DNA from: the human T2T-CHM13v2.0 reference genome, Homo sapiens
Strand: one strand, 5' to 3'
Length of the DNA stretch: 64,000 nt
Assembly (NCBI RefSeq): GCF_009914755.1
Contig: NC_060925.1
In this document: positions 56,483 through 64,000 of the stretch, one piece after another
Position numbering within the stretch: the stretch's first letter is position 1
Layout of the letters: each line of letters starts with the position of its first letter
Position numbers and translations under genes: made by a program
Notes under the pieces: model-generated
What the model was told of the DNA's origin: nothing
The model's input: the letters and a program-made list of their open reading frames with translations, nothing else
The model's database searches: none

Positions 56483-59400
56483 GTCCAGTATAAGCTTTGG
56501 CATTAGGGATGATTTCAAGGAATGAAAAGCAAATGATAACAATATGCTTCTTAGCTAGTGGAGATTGAAAACAACTGTACAGTGGGCACAGTCATCAATG
56601 AAGCATGCTGGAACCTGAGCTTCAGGTCTGGGTAGAAGGAGAAAAAGCAGAAATGGATTAAACTCAAACTTGAATACTCAAATGATTGTAGAACTCATCT
56701 GTAGATTGAAAACTTGCAGATGAAATACAAATCCACTGGCTCAGTGTAGACAAGGGAATCTGGAATGATATGGGGACATGGGAGGGAGGAAAATCCAGTC
56801 ATACTGGAAGGTATTTACTTCTTTTTGTTTAGAGCGCAACTCCTGCCAGCAGCTCAAGATAGACAAATACAGTGAATGCCTATTGCATAGGATTCCCACA
56901 CCTCTTTTCTCGGAAATTCCACTGTAGCCTTCCATTCACATGTTTGCAACTGAGGTAATCCTGTTCCTATTACCCAGCCCACAATGTATCAGTCCCGGTT
57001 TGGGACTTGATCTAAGTTCAGTTAATCAAGTCTTTTTCTTAGGACTTTAAAATTGTGACTAAGATTTAGCTTCAGCCTATAGACTAAGAAGGGAAAAATA
57101 GCCCATTTTAAACAAGAATATACACTAGAGAGTCATGAAAGTCAATCATCAGCAAGAACGAGGAGTGACGCAGAGCCTAGAGATGTGAATGGTATACTTG
57201 CAGAGTTTTCTACAATGTCATAGATTTCAATCTTAATGCCGAGTTACGTTCTGGCCCTTGGGTTTCTTGACATCTCTTCTTCAATGACCAAAGACAAAGG
57301 ACCCATGGATTGAGATCTGATATGGGCTCATCACAGAGACAAACATCTGGTTTTGATGCAACTTTTAATCATTATCATCATACCATATATAACTAGGCCT
57401 CACTGTACCTCTGACTTATTCAATACAGTGCATTTTAATAAAAAAGGGTACAATTCCTTTCCTTAGAGTCACTCCCATCTTCCTGTAACAATTGATACGT
57501 TGTCCTAATGTTTTTCTCCAGCACCATGAAAGGCTTAAATCATTTTTTCACTTATAATATGTATTGTGAGGTTGAAAGAGTCAGTCAACAAATATTTATT
57601 GAGAATGTACTATTTACCAACATTATCAGATGGGAAAATAAAAGTGACAATAATGCTCTTTTCTTACCTGGCAAGAAGAGATAATAAGGTATGGCTAAAC
57701 CTACCATACTAAACCCTTTATGGAACCATTGAAATGCAACTAAAAATGACAAACGTACTATTGGTTCTTCGGCTTCTTTAAACATAGTGGATTATATATT
57801 GTAATATATGAGTAATATATATTATACTATGTAGTATATGATATGTAGGAGAGCCATACACAAGGAAACAATCTTTTACATTAAAAAAATAAAAATCCAG
57901 TTATCACCAACACCAAAGCTGTCAAGAGCATTGCTCTCCAAATATCTCTTATGACTATTTCCCTTTGATTTTTTCTGTTCTTTGCTGCCTTAAATGGTCT
58001 GACTTTCATTAAGCTCTCTATGTTAGCTTTTTATCAATGTCTTTAGTTCATCTACATCATTTCACATCCACTGATGCTCTTGTTGAGCTAGGGTCAAGTC
58101 AACTCCCAGAGGAGCAAGAGAAACTCAAATGACACTGATGTGTTTCATCTGACTCTGACTTCCAACCCTAAATTCGGGGTTTGTCCAAATAGCCAGGGTT
58201 TTATAAACTACAAGATATCACTTTTCCTATTTGCTTACTTTCATGAAAGCAAAAGTGAGATCAAACTTCTCATCCCCCAAATGAATTTCAATTACAAGAA
58301 CTATTTTCCCTCTACCCTCCATTCCCCAAAGCCACATCCTTTGCAGCTCCTACCAGTTCCAGATTCCTGCAAACCTTGATCTCTTCAGATCCATGTTATA
58401 AAATTCATCAAGCTCTCTGCCTCTCAACTTTCACATCCAGTTGTCCCTGTGACTGTTGTGCTTTGCAGACTGAGAAGACTAGAAACTTGCTAAGACCTCT
58501 CTGTAGTCATGAGCAGAATGATGTTACCGTGAAGTGTTCTGTAAGGACACATACCATTTCACTATAATGCTTCTAATATTCGGAACTACTAAACATATTT
58601 GAGCTGCCCTTTCATGCTATTTTGCAGAATATTAGGGCATCTAATTAAATTATGCATGCTGATTTGACCAAATAAGGCATTCGCTTCATTTTAATGGAGA
58701 GTGACATTTATTTTCCTATGCCAAGAGAATTCCACAGAGCTTTCACTGTAATAAAGGCTAATTTTTATCTCTAATATGATAAATATATAGATATAACCAA
58801 ACAATTTCTACCTTAAAAAAATTTTAGTCATTTTCAAGAGGTACATTTTTCTTACCTACATTTTTAAAATTAACAATAGGCTTGATAACTAACTTCAACT
58901 TTTCATCTTAGTTTTATGGCATATATTCTTGTCATATCCACTAACTGTGAACAGAACATATCATTTGAATGCACAATTTAGAATCAACATAATTATTTTA
59001 AATGGGTTCTTTCGATGTTTCAGATGACTATTGAAATTTATACAATGGGGTCAAATTGCAATTTACAAACTTTTGTGCATATTGAAAGTGATTTCTTTGG
59101 CAGTGATATGTTTTCAACAGATGATGATGATGGCAGTTATCTTCCGCTGGTCTGAATTTAATTTCAGTCATTTTTATTCATGATATTATAACCCATGGCA
59201 TATTAAAGAATACATAACTTCTAAAAGTGCTGAATTCTCTTTGAGATGCAGTTTATCGTCTGTTAAATACTATACATCATAAGCAAACAATTCATGTAGA
59301 AAACTGTGCCTGTTCTTTCGAGGGAGGTAAATAGATAAGCTGTCCAAGGTACAAGGAAATAGAGCATAGATAATGCAGGTTTGAGATATTCTCTTGCTTA

Positions 59401-61009
59401 AGTGATGCATTAAATCAATATTCTGCAAAGTCGTTTTCTTGTTATGTTATTTACTTGGATAGTGTCACAATTTTCCATTAAATTGTCTGTTTCAGAAGAT
59501 ATATCTTTCTCAGTTCCCAATTTCATTTGATCAGTATTCTTTAAACTCTTTCACTATATATGCAAACTATCAACTATTTCCATCACGTCACTCTTCTACT
59601 CAAAGACCTTCAATGGTTCCCTATCTTGTGTCATATCACATGTAACCATTTGTGCCTGATTTTCAAGATCTATAGTACCTGGGCCCTACTCTAACTATAA
59701 AACATTATTTTCTAGTATTATCTAAGATTCTGCCTGGTGCAATCAGATCATATAAACATGTCATGCCAGTCTCGCCCCACTGTAACTATTTTCTTGCTCC
59801 TTCTCTTCTTCCTCCTCCTTCTTGTTTGTGTACATGTGTGTGTACTATATATGTAAAATGCTCTCTTTCCTTCCTCATTCTCCTTCTTTAACCTTTAAAG
59901 GCTAAAGACCTCCTCTCTAAAGTTTTCTCTTAGTCCCTAAAAAATAATTGATTGTCATCTTTAAGAAAAATCCTGCATACATAGCACACACTGTCTCTAA
60001 CCACATAACATTGGTCTTATTTACATTTTCTTATTTATATTTTTATTCAGAATAGCTATTATCATATACTGAGAGACTTACTATGTCTAGTCACTTGATA
60101 TAAATGAATGCAGCAAAGTAAATAATTTATCCACTCTCACACATGTGCCAGAGTCAAGAAACCAACCCATGTTTATCTGGGTCCAAAAATCTCATGCCCA
60201 CTCGCCCTACTAAACTTCCTATTTCATGTGGGTAATTTCTCCATTGAATGATAAATTCCATCTATTTAATGAGGGAGTAAACATGAAACACTGGCAGGAG
60301 TATGAGAATAAGAAGCAAATGAGTACGTGCCTTGTTTAAACTGCTGTGCTGACTAGGGGTCTGTGTCTTTTTGAACTAGATCCCCTCTGTCTGTTTCCTT
60401 AAAGCTCTAACATTCCTTGACAAGAGTTTATGCTTTGTTATTTTTCAAAGAAGATGGTAGAATGTTGAGAACATACCTAGCATTCATAAAAACATTTTCA
60501 GTGTAATGTGTTAATTCAGATCATGATTATAAGGAATTTTCACAAATCAGTTTGATTCATTGACATAGGAATTTATGAAAAAATACCTAATTGGTAATAT
60601 CTGTCCTAAAATTTTCATGTTAAAAACTAAAAAATTGCCTAGCACTTAGAGGATATTGAAAAATGTTTGTTACATGAATTAATAGCCCAACTCTGAAACC
60701 AAACAGGGTAGTGTACTAGTATTATAGTTATAAAATGAAAGGACAGGGATTTTGTACATATGCAACTTTAAAATGACAGATTCATAAACAGAAATTCAAA
60801 AGTAACCAAAATATTACATAAATATTAAAAAGATAGATATTTTGTATTGCTATTTCAGGTACTCCCAAGTGTCGCTTAGCAATACTGGATAGCTTTATTT
60901 TATTATCTGAAAAATATCTAGGTTCTCTTAGGATAGATTTTACAAATATTTAGTTTGGTTTTCTTTTTAAGGTTATAAGTGATATAGCAGACTGATATGG
61001 AGTTGTAAA

Positions 61010-61376
61010 ACATGTGACTAAGCATCTTGAAATGAAGCCATTATCCTGGATTATCCAAGTGAGTCCAATGTAATCACAAGCGTCCTAATGAAAGAGAGGC
61101 AAAGAGAGATTTGGCACAGAAAGAAGAGAAGGCAATGTGAAGATGGAAGAGACTGGAATCAGGTGGTCACAGCCAAGGAATGTTAGCAATCGGCAGAGGC
61201 TGGAAGAGGCAAGAAGGCCTCTGAGAGTCCCTGGAGGGAAGACAGCTCTTAAAACACCTCGATTTTTGCCCATAATACTGATTTTGGATTTATAACCTGC
61301 AGATATATAAGATAATATGCTGTTTTAAGCCACCAAGTTTGTGAAAATTTAGTATAGCAGCAATTGGTAACTAATA
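61010..61376 (+). mobile_element. MLT1 (C/D-like) LTR
   Basis: attatcctggattatcc...aatgtaatcacaag...cacagccaaggaatg...gctggaagaggcaag...gttttaagccaccaagtttgtg...gcagcaattggtaactaata. Confidence 0.88.
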
Positions 61377-62818
61377 TCTTCTTGCAGTTGACATAATCTT
61401 ACATATGAGAAAATCTAAAATCTTCAACAAAAACTTTTGAACTATTAAATATATTGAGTAAAGCTGCAGGATACAAAATCACCATACAAAAATTGGTTGG
61501 ATTTCTTTATACTAGCAATGAACTATCTGAAAAGGAAATTAAACCATTAATCTCATTTAAAATAGCATCAAAAGGAATAACATACTTAGGAATAAATTCA
61601 ATGAAGGAGATCAAAGATTTGTAGGATGAAAACTATGAAACATAAATGAAGGAAATTGAAGAAGAAACAAATAAAAGGAAATATACTTTCTATTCATGAA
61701 TTGGAAGAATCAATATTGTTAAAATCCTATACTACCCAAAGTGATAGAGTCAATGAAATCCTTACCAAAATTCAATAACATTGTTCATTATTCACAGAAA
61801 TTAAAAAACAATTTAAAATTTGTATGAAACTGCCACAGACACAAAACTGAATTGTTAAAGTAATCTTGAGCAAGAAGAACAAGCTGGAGGTATCACACTT
61901 CCTTATTTCAAATTATATTACAAAACTATCATAATCAAAACAGTATGGTACTGCATAAAAACAGACACATAGAGCAATGGAACATAATAAAAATCCCAGA
62001 AATAAACCTACATATATAGGGTCCACTAATTTTTGACAAGGGCACTAAGAGGACACAATGGGGAAAGAATAGTCTGTTCAGTAAATAGTGTTGGAAAAAA
62101 CATATCTTTTATGGAAAAGAATAAAACTGGATCCTTATATTACACTGTATGCAAATATTAATTCAAAATGAATTGAAGACTTAAATGTAAGACCTGAAAT
62201 CCTAAAACTTCTAGAAGAAAACATAGGGTAAACTCTCCCTGACATCAGTCTTGGCAATGATTTTTTTTTTTTTTGAAACAAAAAAAATGATTTTTTTTGT
62301 TTGTTTTTATGAAAACAAAGGAATGGGCAACAAAAGCAAAAATAAACAATGAGACTATACCAAACTAATATGTTTCTGAACAACAAAGGAAACAATAAAA
62401 AAATGAAATGACAACCTATGGAATGGTAGAAAATATTTGCACACCATGTATCTGATAAGGGGTTAATATTCAAAATTTATAAGGGACTCACATAACTCAA
62501 TAGAAAATATAAACAACCTGATTACAAAATTAGCAAACGACCTCAATAGATACTTTTCCAAAGATGCTCAACATCACTAATCATTAGGGAAATGCAAATC
62601 AAAACCACAATGTGCTATCACTTCATACTTGTTAGGATGACTATTATCTAAAAGTCAAAGATAACAGGAGGTGGCAAGGATGTGGAGAAAAAGAAACTCG
62701 TGTACATTGCTGTTGGAAATGTAAATTGGTATAGCCACTTTGTAAAACAGTATGGAAGCTCCTCAAAAAATTAAAAATAAAACTATGATATCATCTAGTT
62801 ATCCTACTTCTGGATATA

Positions 62819-63166
62819 CAGGTTGAGTATCCTTTACCCAAAATGCTTGGGACCAAAAGTGTTTCAGATTTTGAACTATTTTGGATTTTGGAATATTTGC
62901 ATATACATTATGAAATATCTTGCAGAGGGGACCGAAGTCTAAATATGAAATTCATTTATGTTTCATATACACCTTATACACACAGCATAAAGGTAATTTA
63001 TATAATATTTTAAATAATTTTATGCATGAAACAAATTTTTGACTGTGAACTGTCATTTAAGTTAGCTGTCAAATGTTCCATTTGTGACATCATGTCAACA
63101 CTCAACAAATTTCTGATTTTGGAGTATTTTGAATTTTGGATATTCATATTGGGGATGCTCAGCCTG
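62819..63166. mobile_element. Tigger4b/MER46 (Zombi) non-autonomous DNA transposon nested in L1MA
   Basis: TA|caggttgagtatcc ... ggatgctcagcctg|TA terminal inverted repeats, splitting the L1 motif ctggatata-cccaaaggaa. Confidence 0.9.
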
Positions 63167-63227
63167 TATACCCAAAGGAAATGAAATCATTATCTTGAAG
63201 AGATATCTGCACTCTCATGTTCATTGA

Positions 63228-63322
63228 ATATATATATCATAGTATAGTATATTGAAAATATGCTATTGTGAGCAGTATTCACAATAGCATATTTTCAATA
63301 TACTATACTATAATATATATAT
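63228..63322. repeat. Inverted repeat: perfect 33-bp arms, 7-nt loop, extended by (AT)5
   Basis: 63239-63271 is the exact reverse complement of 63279-63311. Confidence 0.97.
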
Positions 63323-63686
63323 ATATTTACAATGGAATATTAGTCAGCCTTAAAAAGAAGGAAGTTCTGCCACTTGCAATGATATAGATAAAGCTAGAGG
63401 ACATTATGCTAAGTAAAATAAGGCAAACACAGAAGGAGAACTATTCCATGATCTCACTTACATGTGGCATCTAAAAAAGTTGAACTCATGGTAAAAGAGA
63501 GTAGAAGGGTAGTTACTAGGGGTCCAGGGTTGGGAGAAATGAGATGATGGTCAAAGGGTATAAACTTTCAGTTAGAAGATGAATAAATTATGGAGACAAT
63601 GTATAACAAGGTAACTATAGGTAATAACAATGTATTGTATACTTTGCTAAGAGTATAGATGTATGATATTCTCATCACACACATCA

Positions 63687-63687
<1 letters not shown>

Positions 63688-63719
<32 letters not shown>
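63688..63719. repeat. (CA)n microsatellite within the L1 3'UTR
   Basis: Directly visible. Confidence 0.95.
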
Positions 63720-63721
<2 letters not shown>

Positions 63722-64000
63722 GTGAGGTGAGGGATATAATCATTAGCTTGATTGTGGTGATAACTTCACAATGTATGCATATATAAACATGTCACGTTGT
63801 ACACTTTAAATATATATCATTTTTTGTTAATTATACCTTAAGTAAGCTGGGGCCAGGGGAGAACATATTGTAATGTTTTCCAGTTATTCATATTTAATTT
63901 TAGCCAAAATGACAGCTGTGGGGGCAATCTGGCTGTAGATTGTCAGGGCTGATTTGGCTAAAACTGAATGGCTAAGCAGGTGCCTCTTTTTCTGTCACTG

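Larger units (their letters stand above)
61378..63852 (+). mobile_element. L1MA (MA8/9-like) ORF2 3' half and 3'UTR, degraded
   Basis: ttgcagttgacataat (FADD region), gcaggatacaaaatca, aatcaaaacagtatggtact, gaaatgcaaatcaaaaccacaatg, 3'UTR gtcaaagggtataaactttcagtta...aattatacctta. Confidence 0.93.

Noticed and set aside
63901-63960. Nested inverted repeats tagccaaa/tttggcta and caatct/agattg
   Set aside because: Short discontinuous stems with large internal loops; not a credible structured RNA

Overview
AT-rich primate genomic DNA (AluJ/S/Y-type elements; most likely human) with no intact conventional protein-coding gene. On the minus strand there is a spliced non-coding transcription unit: a CCAAT/AP-1/M-box promoter near 44.1 kb, a first exon ending at a GTAAGT donor (43835), a ~36.6-kb intron, a 113-nt exon (7080-7192) and a further NAGNAG acceptor at 6923/6926. 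From memory of exon spacing and of an 82-aa ORF, I tentatively identify it as the 5' part of MIR181A1HG (FAMLF), the miR-181a-1/b-1 host gene. I did not see the miRNA hairpins in this window. Upstream lies an RPS2 processed pseudogene. The rest is repeats: Alus, near full-length Tigger1, THE1, MLT1, MLT2, L1PA, L1MA with nested Tigger4, L2, MIR, MER5 and MER20. Repeat subfamilies were assigned by eye from recalled consensus sequences. I see no convincing previously undescribed biological system. The best leads are two long near-perfect fold-back hairpins, two short local duplications that look like templated insertions, a tiny twin-primed L1 inversion, small ORFs at the 3' exons, and a symmetric TCF/LEF motif cassette in intron 1.
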